NCBI GenBank assembly: GCA_964016885.1
Contig: OZ024742.1
Location: forward strand, 168,268,001 to 168,332,000
Length of the DNA: 64,000 nt
From: Eledone cirrhosa
Lineage: Eukaryota
Reading direction: 5' to 3'
Shown here: piece by piece, positions 27,701-41,300 of the stretch
Layout of the letters: each line of letters opens with the position of its first letter
Numbering within the stretch: the stretch's first letter is position 1
Made by a program: the position numbers and the translations under genes
The notes under the pieces: model-generated
The model's database searches: none
What the model was told of the DNA's origin: nothing
What the model saw: only the letters and a program-made list of their open reading frames with translations

Positions 27701-30700
27701 CCATAAAAAAATCCATTAAAAAAATCCATTAAAAATCCATTAAAAAAAATCCATTTAAAAAAGCCATTAAAAAATCCATTAAAAATCCATTTAAAAAACC
27801 CATTAAAAAATCCATTAAAAAAATCCATTTAAAAAATCCATTAAAAAAAATCCATTTAAAAAAACCCATTAAAAAAAATCCATTAAAAAAATCCATTTAA
27901 AAAATCCATTAAAAAAAATCCATTAAAAAAATCCATTAAAAAAATCCATTAAAAAAAATCCATTAAAAAAAAATCCGTTAAAAAAAATCCATTAAAAACT
28001 CAATCAAAAACCCAATTAAAAGGCCATAAAAGAAACATTAAAACAGCATTTAAAATACCATTAAAAACGCCATAAAAAATCATTAAAATTGTTTTTTATG
28101 AAATTTATAATATGGCTTTTAATGAATTTTTTAATGGGCTTTTAGAATCATTAAAATCCCATTAAAAATACATTAAAGGCCCATTAAAAACGCCATAAAA
28201 AATCCATTAAAAAAATCCATTAAAAAAAAACTCAATCAAAAACCCATAAAAGAAACATTAAAACAGCATTTAAAAAATCCATTAAAAATCCATTAAAAAA
28301 AAATCCATTAAAAAAATCCATTAAAAATCCATTAAAAAAATCCATTTAAAAAAATCCATTAAAAAATCCATTAAAAACCCATTAAAAATCCATTAAAAAT
28401 CCATTAAAAATCCATTAAAAAATCCATTTAAAAAACCCATTAAAAAAATCCATTAAAAAATCCATTTAAAAATCCATTAAAAAAAATCCATTTAAAAAAA
28501 CCCATTAAAAAAAATCCATTAAAAAAATCCATTTAAAAAATCCATAAAAAAAAATCCATAAAAAAAATCCATTAAAAAAAATCCATTAAAAAAAAAATCC
28601 GTTAAAAAAAATCCATTAAAAATCCATTAAAAATCCATTAAAAATCCATTAAAAATCCATTAAAAATCCATTAAAAAACCCATTTAAAAAAATCCATTAA
28701 AAAAATCCATTAAAAAAATCCATTAAAAAAATCCATTAAAAAAATCCATTAAAAAAAATCCATTAAAAAAATCCATTAAAAAAAATCCATTAAAAATCCA
28801 TTAAAAAAATCCATTTAAAAAATCCATTAAAAAAAATCCATTAAAAAAACCATTAAAAAATCCATTAAAAAAAATCCCATTAAAAATACATTAAAGGCCC
28901 ATTAAAAACGCCATAAAAAATCCATTAAAAAAATCCATTAAAAAAAATCTCAATCAAAAACCCATAAAAGAAACATTAAAACAGCATTTAAAAAATCCAT
29001 TAAAAAAATCCATTTAAAAAAATCCATTAAAAAATCCATTAAAAATCCATTAAAAATCCATTAAAAATCCATTAAAAATCCATTAAAAAATCCATTAAAA
29101 ATCCATTAAAAATCCATTAAAAATCCATTAAAAAATCCATTTAAAAAAATCCATTAAAAAAATCCATTAAAAAATCCATTTAAAAAATCCATTTAAAAAA
29201 ATCCATTAAAAAAAATCCATTAAAAAAAAATCCATTAAAAAAAATCCATTAAAAAAAAAATCCGTTAAAAAAAATCCATTAAAAACTCAATCAAACACCC
29301 AATTAAAAGGCCATAAAAGAAACATTAAAACAGCATTTAAAATACCATTAAAAACGCCATAAAAAATCATTAAAATTGTTTTTTATGAAATTTATAATAT
29401 GGCTTTTAATGAACTTTTTAATGGGCTTTTAGAATCATTAAAATCCCATTAAAAATACATTAAAGGCCATAAAAAATCCATTAAAAAAAATCCATTAAAA
29501 AAAAATTCAATCAAAAACCCATAAAAGAAACATTAAAACAGCATTTAAAAAACCCATTAAAAATTCATTAAAAAAATCCATTTAAAAAATCCATTAAAAA
29601 TCCATTAAAAATCCATTAAGAATCCATTAAAAATCCATTAAAAATAATCCATTAAAAAAAAATTCAATCAAAAACCCATAAAAGAAACATTAAAACAGCA
29701 TTTAAAAAATCCATTAAAAAAAATCCATTTAAAAAAATCCATTAAAAAAGCCATTAAAAATCCATTAAAAATCCATTAAAAAAAAATCCATTAAAAAAAA
29801 TCCATTAAAAATCCATTAAAAAAATCCATTTAAAAAAATCCATTAAAAAATCCATTAAAAATCCATTAAAAATCCATTAAAAAATCCATTTAAAAAACCC
29901 ATTAAAAAAATCCATTTAAAAAATCCATTTAAAAAATCCATTAAAAAAAATCCATTTAAAAAAACCCATTAAAAAAAATCCATTAAGAAAATCCATTTAA
30001 AAAATCCATTAAAAAAAATCCATTAAAAAAAATCCATAAAAAAAAATCCATTAAAAAAAATCCATTAAAAAAAAATCCGTTAAAAAAAATCGATTAAAAA
30101 AAAATCCGTTAAAAAAATCCATTAAAAGCTCAATCCCATTAAAAACGCCATAAAAATCATTAAAATCCAATTAAAGATACATTAAAGGCCCATTAAAAAC
30201 GCCATAAAAAATCCATTAAAAAAATCCATTAAAAAAACTCAATCAAAAACCCATAAAAGAAACATTAAAACAGCATTTAAAAAATCCATTAAAAATCCAT
30301 TAAAAAAATCCATTTAATAAAATCCATTAAAAAATCCATTAAAAATCCATTAAAAATCCATTAAAAATCCATTAAAAATCCATTAAAAATCCATTAAAAA
30401 ACCCATTTAAAAAAATCCATTAAAAAAATCCATTAAAAAAAGCCATTAAAAAATCCATTTAAAAAAAGCCATTAAAAAAATCCATAAAAAAAAAATCCAT
30501 TAAAAATCCATTAAAAAAATCCATTTAAAAAAATCCATTAAAAACCCATTAAAAATCCATTAAAAAATCCATTAAAAAACCCATTAAAAAAAATCCATTA
30601 GAAAAATCCATTTAAAAAATCCATTAAAAAAAAATCCATTTAAAAAACCCATTAAAAAAAATCCATTGAAAAAATCCATTTAAAAAATCCATTTAAAAAA

Positions 30701-33700
30701 TCCATTAAAAAAATCCATTTAAAAAATCCATAAAAAAAAACCATTAAAAAAAATCCATTAAAAAAAAATCCATTAAAAAAAATCCATTAAAAAAAATCCA
30801 TTAAAAATCCATTAAAAAAAATCCATTTAAAAAAAATTCATTAAAAAATCCATTAAAAATCCATTAAAAATCCATTTAAAAAAATCCATTTAAAAAATCC
30901 ATTTAAAAAACCCATTACAAAAAATACATTAAAAAAAATCCATAAAAAAAAAAGCCATTAAAAAAAATCCATTAAAAAAAATCTATTAAAAATCCATTAA
31001 AAATCCATTAAAAATCCATTAAAAATCCATTAAAAATCCATTAAAAATCCATTAAAAAGCCATTAAAAATCCATTAAAATCCATTAAAAATCCATTAAAA
31101 ATCCATTAAAAATCCATTAAAAATCCATTAAAAAATCCATTTAAAAAAATCCATTAAAAAATCCATTAAAAAATCCATTTAAAAAATCCATTAAAAAAAT
31201 CCATTAAAAAAAAATCCATTAAAAAAAAAATCCATTAAAAAAAATCAATTTAAAAAAATCCATTAAAAATCCATTAAAAAAATCCATTTAAAAAAATCCA
31301 TTAAAAACCCATTAAAAACCCATTAAAAATCCATTAAAAATCCATTTAAAAAACCCATTAAAAAAAATCCATTAAAAAAAATCCATTTAAAAAATCCATT
31401 TAAAAAAATCCATTAAAAAAACGCATTAAAAAAATCCATTAAAAAAAATCCATTTAAAAAATCCATTAAAAAAAATTCATTAAAAAAAAATCCATAAAAA
31501 AATCCATTAAAAAAATCCATTTAAAAAAATCCATTAAAAAAAATCCATTAAAAATCCATTAAAAAAATCCATTAAAAAAAATCCATTAAAAAATTCATTA
31601 AAAAACCCATTAAAAATCCATTAAAAATCCATTAAAAATCCATTAAAAATCCATTTAAAAAACCCATTAAAAAAATCCATTTAAAAAACCCATTAAAAAA
31701 AGCCATTAAAAAATCCATTTAAAAAATCCATTAAAAAAAATCCATTTAAAACAACCCATTAATATAATCCATTAAAAAAAACCCATTAAAAAAAATCCAT
31801 TAAAAAAATCCATTTAAAAAATCCATTAAAAAAAATCCATTAAAAAAAATCCATAAAAAAATCCATTAAAAAAATCCATTAAAAATCCATTAAAAAAAAT
31901 CCATTTAAAAAAGCCATTAAAAAATCCATTAAAAATCCATTAAAAATCCATTTAAAAAACCCATTAAAAAATCCATTAAAAAAATCCATTTAAAAAATCC
32001 ATTAAAAAAAATCCATTTAAAAAAACTCATTTAAAAAAATCCATTAAAAAAATCCATTTAAAAAATCCATTAAAAAAAATCCATTAAAAAAAATCCATTA
32101 AAAGCTCAATCAAAAACCCATTAAAAACGCCATAAAAAATCATTAAAATCCCATTAAAAATACATTAAAGGCCCATTAAAAACGCCATAAAAAATCCATT
32201 GAAAAAATCCATTAAAAAAAAACTCAATCAAAAACCCATAAAAGAAACATTAAAACAGCATTTAAAAATCCATTAAAAATCCATTAAAAATCCATTAAAA
32301 ATCCATTAAAAATTCATTAAAAAATCCATTTAAAAAACCCATTTAAAAAACCATTTAAAAAATCCATTAAAAAAAATCCATTTAAAAAAACCCATTAAGA
32401 AAAATCCATTAAAAATCCATTAAAAAAAATCCATTTAAAAAAATTCATTAAAAAATCCATTAAAAATCCATTAAAAATCCATTAAAAATCCATTAAAAAT
32501 CCATTAAAAATCCATTAAAAAATCCATTTAAAAAACCCATTAAAAAAAGCCATTAAAAAATCCAATTAAAAAATCCATTAAAAAAAATCCAGTTAAAACA
32601 ACCCATTAAAAAAAATCCATTAAAAAAAACCCATTAAAAAAAATCCATTAAAAAAATCCATTTAAAAAATCCATTAAAAAAAATCCATTAAAAAAAATCC
32701 ATAAAAAAATCCATTAAAAAAATCCATTAAAAATCCATTAAAAAAAATCCATTTAAAAAAGCCATTAAAAAATCCATTAAAAATCCATTTAAAAAACCCA
32801 TTAAAAAATCCATTAAAAAAATCCATTTAAAAAATCCATTAAAAAAAATCCATTTAAAAAAACCCATTAAAAAAAATCCATTAAAAAAATCCATTTAAAA
32901 AATCCATTAAAAAAAATCCATTAAAAAAATCCATTAAAAAAATCCATTAAAAAAAATCCATTAAAAAAAAATCCGTTAAAAAAAATCCATTAAAAACTCA
33001 ATCAAAAACCCAATTAAAAGGCCATAAAAGAAACATTAAAACAGCATTTAAAATACCATTAAAAACGCCATAAAAATCATTAAAATTGTTTTTTATGAAA
33101 TTTATAATATGGCTTTTAATGAATTTTTTAATGGGCTTTTAGAATCATTAAAATCCCATTAAAAATACATTAAAGGCCCATTAAAAACGCCATAAAAAAT
33201 CCATTAAAAAAATCCATTAAAAAAAAACTCAATCAAAAACCCATAAAAGAAACATTAAAACAGCATTTAAAAAATCCATTAAAAATCCATTAAAAAAAAA
33301 TCCATTAAAAAAATCCATTAAAAATCCATTAAAAAAATCCATTTAAAAAAATCCATTAAAAAATCCATTAAAAACCCATTAAAAATCCATTAAAAATCCA
33401 TTAAAAATCCATTAAAAAATCCATTTAAAAAACCCATTAAAAAAATCCATTAAAAAATCCATTTAAAAATCCATTAAAAAAAATCCATTTAAAAAAACCC
33501 ATTAAAAAAAATCCATTAAAAAAATCCATTTAAAAAATCCATAAAAAAAAATCCATAAAAAAAATCCATTAAAAAAAATCCATTAAAAAAAAAATCCGTT
33601 AAAAAAAATCCATTAAAAATCCATTAAAAATCCATTAAAAATCCATTAAAAATCCATTAAAAATCCATTAAAAATCCATTAAAAAACCCATTTAAAAAAA

Positions 33701-33828
33701 TCCATTAAAAAAATCCATTAAAAAAATCCATTAAAAAAATCCATTAAAAAAATCCATTAAAAAAAATCCATTAAAAAAATCCATTAAAAAAAATCCATTA
33801 AAAATCCATTAAAAAAATCCATTTAAAA
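24749..33828 (+). repeat. Higher-order duplication at offset ~4989 (about 24749-28820 and 29738-33828)
   Basis: tcgatt 25101/30090, ttagaaaa 25612/30601, acgcatt 26433/31422, actcattt 27037/32026; insertion 28090/33087 (offset 4997). Confidence 0.87.
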
Positions 33829-36800
33829 AAATCCATTAAAAACCCATTAAAAATCCATTAAAAATCCATTTAAAAAACCCATAAAAAAATCCATTATAAA
33901 AATCCATTTAAAAAATCCATTAAAAAAAATCCATTTAAAAAAACCCATTAAAAAAAATCCATTAAAAAAATCCATTTAAAAAATCCATTAAAAAAAATCC
34001 ATTAAAAAAATCCATAAAAAAAATCCATTAAAAAAAATCCATTAAAAAAAAATCCGTTAAAAAAAATCCATTAAAAACTCAATCAAAAACCCAATTAAAA
34101 GGCCATAAAAGAAACATTAAAACAGCATTTAAAATACCATTAAAAACGCCATAAAAAATCATTAAAATTGTTTTTTATGAAATTTATAATATGGCTTTTA
34201 ATGAATTTTTTAATGGGCTTTTAGAATCATTAAAATCCCATTAAAAATACATTAAAGGCCCATTAAAAACGCCATAAAAAATCCATTAAAAAAATCCATT
34301 AAAAAAAAACTCAATCAAAAACCCATAAAAGAAACATTAAAACAGCATTTAAAAAATCCATTAAAAATCCATTAAAAAAAAATCCATTAAAAAAATCCAT
34401 TAAAAATCCATTAAAAAAATCCATTTAAAAAAATCCATTAAAAATCCATTAAAAACCCATTAAAAATCCATTAAAAATCCATTAAAAATCCATTAAAAAA
34501 TCCATTTAAAAAACCCATTAAAAAAATCCATTAAAAAATCCATTTAAAAATCCAGTAAAAAAAATCCATTTAAAAAAACCCATTAAAAAAATCCATTAAA
34601 AAAATCCATTTAAAAAATCCATAAAAAAAAATCCATAAAAAAATCCATTAAAAAAAATCCATTAAAAAAAAAATCCGTTAAAAAAAATCCATTAAAAATC
34701 CATTAAAAATCCATTAAAAATCCATTAAAAATCCATTTAAAAAAATCCATTAAAAAAATCCATTAAAAAAATCCATTTAAAAAATCCATTAAAAAAAATC
34801 CCTTAAAAAAAAATCCATTAAAAAAAATCCATTAAAAAAAATCAATTTAAAAAAATCCATTAAAAATCCATTAAAAAAATCCATTCAAAAAAATCCATTA
34901 AAAACCCATTAAAAATCCATTAAAAATCCATTAAAAAATCCATTTAAAAAAACCATTAAAAAAAATCCATTAAAAAAATCCATTTAAAAAATCCATTAAA
35001 AAAAATCCATTAAAAAAAACTCAATCAAAAACCCATAAAAGAAACATTAAAACAGCATTTAAAAAATCCATTAAAAATCCATTAAAAAAATCCATTTAAA
35101 AAATCCATTAAAAAATCCATTAAAAATCCATTAAAAATCCATTAAAAAATCCATTTAAAAAAATCCATTAAAAAAATCCATTTAAAAAATCCATTAAAAA
35201 ATCCATTTAAAAAATCCATTAAAAAAAATCCATTAAAAAAACCATTAAAAAATCCATTAAAAAAAATCCCATTAAAAATACATTAAAGGCCCATTAAAAA
35301 CGCCATAAAAAATCCATTAAAAAAATCCATTAAAAAAAAACTCAATCAAAAACCCATAAAAGAAACATTAAAACAGCATTTAAAAAATCCATTAAAAAAA
35401 TCCATTTAAAAAAATCCATTAAAAAATCCATTAAAAATCCATTAAAAATCCATTAAAAATCCATTAAAAATCCATTAAAAAATCCATTAAAAATCCATTA
35501 AAAATCCATTAAAAATCCATTAAAAAATCCATTTAAAAAAATCCATTAAAAAAATCCATTAAAAAATCCATTTAAAAAATCCATTTAAAAAAATCCATTA
35601 AAAAAAATCCATTAAAAAAAAATCCATTAAAAAAAATCCATTAAAAAAAAAATCCGTTAAAAAAAATCCATTAAAAACTCAATCAAACACCCAATTAAAA
35701 GGCCATAAAAGAAACATTAAAACAGCATTTAAAATACCATTAAAAACGCCATAAAAAATCATTAAAATTGTTTTTTATGAAATATATAATATGGCTTTTA
35801 ATGAACTTTTTAATGGGCTTTTAGAATCATTAAAATCCCATTAAAAATACATTAAAGGCCATAAAAAATCCATTAAAAAAAATCCATTAAAAAAAAATTC
35901 AATCAAAAACCCATAAAAGAAACATTAAAACAGCATTTAAAAAACCCATTAAAAATTCATTAAAAAAATCCATTTAAAAAATCCATTAAAAATCCATTAA
36001 AAATCCATTAAGAATCCATTAAAAATCCATTAAAAATAATCCATTAAAAAAAAATTCAATCAAAAACCCATAAAAGAAACATTAAAACAGCATTTAAAAA
36101 ATCCATTAAAAAAAATCCATTTAAAAAAATCCATTAAAAAAGCCATTAAAAATCCATTAAAAATCCATTAAAAAAAAATCCATTAAAAAAAATCCATTAA
36201 AAATCCATTAAAAAAATCCATTTAAAAAAATCCATTAAAAAATCCATTAAAAATCCATTAAAAATCCATTAAAAAATCCATTTAAAAAACCCATTAAAAA
36301 AATCCATTTAAAAAATCCATTTAAAAAATCCATTAAAAAAAATCCATTTAAAAAAACCCATTAAAAAAAATCCATTAAGAAAATCCATTTAAAAAATCCA
36401 TTAAAAAAAATCCATTAAAAAAAATCCATAAAAAAAAATCCATTAAAAAAAATCCATTAAAAAAAAATCCGTTAAAAAAAATCGATTAAAAAAAAATCCG
36501 TTAAAAAAATCCATTAAAAGCTCAATCCCATTAAAAACGCCATAAAAATCATTAAAATCCAATTAAAGATACATTAAAGGCCCATTAAAAACGCCATAAA
36601 AAATCCATTAAAAAAATCCATTAAAAAAACTCAATCAAAAACCCATAAAAGAAACATTAAAACAGCATTTAAAAAATCCATTAAAAATCCATTAAAAAAA
36701 TCCATTTAATAAAATCCATTAAAAAATCCATTAAAAATCCATTAAAAATCCATTAAAAATCCATTAAAAATCCATTAAAAATCCATTAAAAAACCCATTT

Positions 36801-38365
36801 AAAAAAATCCATTAAAAAAATCCATTAAAAAAAGCCATTAAAAAAATCCATTTAAAAAAAGCCATTAAAAAAATCCATTAAAAAAAAATCCATTAAAAAT
36901 CCATTAAAAAAATCCATTTAAAAAAATCCATTAAAAACCCATTAAAAATCCATTAAAAAATCCATTAAAAAACCCATTAAAAAAAATCCATTAGAAAAAT
37001 CCATTTAAAAAATCCATTAAAAAAAAATCCATTTAAAAAACCCATTAAAAAAAATCCATTGAAAAAATCCATTTAAAAAATCCATTTAAAAAATCCATTA
37101 AAAAAAATCCATTAAAAAAAAATCCATTAAAAAAAATCCATTAAAAAAAATCCATTAAAAATCCATTAAAAAAAATCCATTTAAAAAAAATTCATTAAAA
37201 AATCCATTAAAAATCCATTAAAAATCCATTTAAAAAAATCCATTTAAAAAATCCATTTAAAAAACCCATTACAAAAAATACATTAAAAAAAATCCATAAA
37301 AAAAAAAGCCATTAAAAAAAATCCATTAAAAAAAATCTATTAAAAATCCATTAAAAATCCATTAAAAATCCATTAAAAATCCATTAAAAATCCATTAAAA
37401 ATCCATTAAAAAGCCATTAAAAATCCATTAAAATCCATTAAAAATCCATTAAAAATCCATTAAAAATCCATTAAAAATCCATTAAAAAATCCATTTAAAA
37501 AAATCCATTAAAAAATCCATTAAAAAAACCATTTAAAAAATCCATTAAAAAAATCCATTAAAAAAAAATCCATTAAAAAAAAATCCATTAAAAAAAATCA
37601 ATTTAAAAAAATCCATTAAAAATCCATTAAAAAAATCCATTTAAAAAAATCCATTAAAAACCCATTAAAAACCCATTAAAAATCCATTAAAAATCCATTT
37701 AAAAAACCCATTAAAAAAAATCCATTAAAAAAAATCCATTTAAAAAATCCATTTAAAAAAATCCATTAAAAAAACGCATTAAAAAAATCCATTAAAAAAA
37801 ATCCATTTAAAAAATCCATTAAAAAAAATTCATTAAAAAAAAATCCATAAAAAAATCCATTAAAAAAATCCATTTAAAAAAATCCATTAAAAAAAATCCA
37901 TTAAAAATCCATTAAAAAAATCCATTAAAAAAAATCCATTAAAAAATTCATTAAAAAACCCATTAAAAATCCATTAAAAATCCATTAAAAATCCATTAAA
38001 AATCCATTTAAAAAACCCATTAAAAAAATCCATTTAAAAAACCCATTAAAAAAAGCCATTAAAAAATCCATTTAAAAAATCCATTAAAAAAAATCCATTT
38101 AAAACAACCCATTAAAAAAATCCATTAAAAAAAACCCATTAAAAAAAATCCATTAAAAAAATCCATTTAAAAAATCCATTAAAAAAAATCCATTAAAAAA
38201 AATCCATAAAAAAATCCATTAAAAAAATCCATTAAAAATCCATTAAAAAAAATCCATTTAAAAAAGCCATTAAAAAATCCATTAAAAATCCATTAAAAAT
38301 CCATTTAAAAAACCCATTAAAAAATCCATTAAAAAAATCCATTTAAAAAATCCATTAAAAAAAAT
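28800..38365 (+). repeat. Higher-order duplication at offset ~6392 (about 28800-32020 and 35190-38365)
   Basis: Insertion 29377/35769, aagaatcc 29620/36012, tcgatt 30090/36482. The offset becomes 6353 at acgcatt 31422/37775 after a deletion. Confidence 0.82.
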
Positions 38366-41300
38366 CCATATATAAAAACACATTTAAAAAAATCCATTAA
38401 AAAAATCCATTTAAAAAATCCATTAAAAAAAATCCATTAAAAAAATCCATAAAAAAAATCCATTAAAAAAAATCCATTAAAAAAAAATCCGTTAAAAAAA
38501 ATCCATTAAAAACTCAATCAAAAACCCAATTAAAAGGCCATAAAAGAAACATTAAAACAGCATTTAAAATACCATTAAAAACGCCATAAAAAATCATTAA
38601 AATTGTTTTTTATGAAATTTATAATATGGCTTTTAATGAATTTTTTAATGGGCTTTTAGAATCATTAAAATCCCATTAAAAATACATTAAAGGCCCATTA
38701 AAAACGCCATAAAAAATCCATTAAAAAAATCCATTAAAAAAAAACTCAATCAAAAACACATAAAAGAAACATTAAAACAGCATTTAAAAAATCCATTAAA
38801 AATCCATTAAAAAAAAATCCATTAAAAAAATCCATTAAAAATCCATTAAAAAAATCCATTTAAAAAAATCCATTAAAAAATCCATTAAAAACCCATTAAA
38901 AATCCATTAAAAATCCATTAAAAATCCATTAAAAAATCCATTTAAAAAACCCATTAAAAAAATCCATTAAAAAATCCATTTAAAAATCCATTAAAAAAAA
39001 TCCATTTAAAAAAACCCATTAAAAAAAATCCATTAAAAAAATCCATTTAAAAAATCCATAAAAAAAAATCCATAAAAAAAATCCATTAAAAAAAATCCAT
39101 TAAAAAAAAAATCCGTTAAAAAAAATCCATTAAAAATCCATTAAAAATCCATTAAAAATCCATTAAAAATCCATTAAAAATCCAGTAAAAATCCATTTAA
39201 AAAAATCCATTAAAAAAATCCATTAAAAAAATCCATTTAAAAAATCCATTAAAAAAAATCCATTAAAAAAAAATCCATTAAAAAAAATCCATTAAAAAAA
39301 ATCAATTTAAAAAAATCCATTAAAAATCCATTAAAAAAATCCATTTAAAAAAATCCATTAAAAACCCATTAAAAATCCATTAAAAATCCATTAAAAAATC
39401 CATTTAAAAAAACCATTAAAAAAAATCCATTAAAAAAATCCATTTAAAAAATCCATTAAAAAAAAATCCATTAAAAAAATCCATTTAAAAAATCCATTAA
39501 AAAAAATCCATTAAAAAAAACTCAATCAAAAACCCATAAAAGAAACATTAAAACAGCATTTAAAAAATCCATTAAAAATCCATTAAAAGAATCCATTTAA
39601 AAAATCCATTAAAAAATCCATTAAAAATCCATTAAAAATCCATTAAAAAATCCATTTAAAAAAATCCATTAAAAAAATCCTTTAAAAAATCCATTAAAAA
39701 ATCCATTTAAAAAATCCATTAAAAAAAATCCATTAAAAAAAACCATTAAAAAATCCATTAAAAAAAATCCCATTAAAAATACATTAAAAATCCATTAAAA
39801 ATCCATTAAAAAATCCATTAAAAATCCATTAAAAATCCATTAAAAATCCATTAAAAAATCCATTAAAAAAAATCCATTAAAAAAATCCATTAAAAAATCC
39901 ATTTAAAAAATCCATTTAAAAAAATCCATTAAAAAAAATCCATTAAAAAAAATCCATTAAAAAAAATCCATTAAAAAAAAAATCCGTTAAAAAAAATCCA
40001 TTAAAAACTCAATCAAACACCCAATTAAAAGGCCATAAAAGAAACATTAAAACAGCATTTAAAATACCATTAAAAACGCCATAAAAAATCATTAAAATTG
40101 TTTTTTATGAAATTTATAATATGGCTTTTAATGAACTTTTTAATGGGCTTTTAGAATCATTAAAATCCCATTAAAAATACATTAAAGGCCCATTAAAAAC
40201 GCCATAAAAAATCCATTAAAAAAAATCCATTAAAAAAAAATTCAATCAAAAACCCATAAAAGAAACATTAAAACAGCATTTAAAAAACCCATTAAAAATT
40301 CATTAAAAAAATCCATTTAAAAAATCCATTAAAAATCCATTAAAAATCCATTAAAAATCCATTAAAAATTCATTAAAAATCCATTAAAAATAATCCATTA
40401 AAAAAAAATTCAATCAAAAACCCATAAAAGAAACATTAAAACAGCATTTAAAAAATCCATTAAAAAAATCCATTTAAAAAAATCCATTAAAAAAGCCATT
40501 AAAAATCCATTAAAAATCCATTAAAAAAATCCATTAAAAAAAAATCCATTAAAAAAAATCCATTAAAAATCCATTTAAAAAACCCATTAAAAAAAATCCA
40601 TTGAAAAAATCCATTTAAAAAATCCATTTAAAAAATCCATTAAAAAAATCCATTTAAAAAATCCATAAAAAAAAACCATTAAAAAAAATCCATTAAAAAA
40701 AAATCCATTAAAAAAAATCCATTAAAAAAAATCCATTAAAAATCCATTAAAAAAAATCCATTTAAAAAAAATTCATTAAAAAATCCATTAAAAATCCATT
40801 AAAAATCCATTTAAAAAAATCCATTTAAAAAATCCATTTAAAAAACCCATTACAAAAAATACATTAAAAAAAATCCATAAAAAAAAAAGCCATTAAAAAA
40901 AATCCATTAAAAAAAATCTATTAAAAATCCATTAAAAATCCATTAAAAATCCATTAAAAATCCATTAAAAATCCATTAAAAATCCATTAAAAAGCCATTA
41001 AAAATCCATTAAAATCCATTAAAAATCCATTAAAAATCCATTAAAAATCCATTAAAAATCCATTAAAAAATCCATTTAAAAAAATCCATTAAAAAATCCA
41101 TTAAAAAATCCATTTAAAAAATCCATTAAAAAAATCCATTAAAAAAAAATCCATTAAAAAAAAATCCATTAAAAAAAATCAATTTAAAAAAATCCATTAA
41201 AAATCCATTAAAAAAATCCATTTAAAAAAATCCATTAAAAACCCATTAAAAACCCATTAAAAATCCATTAAAAATCCATTTAAAAAACCCATTAAAAAAA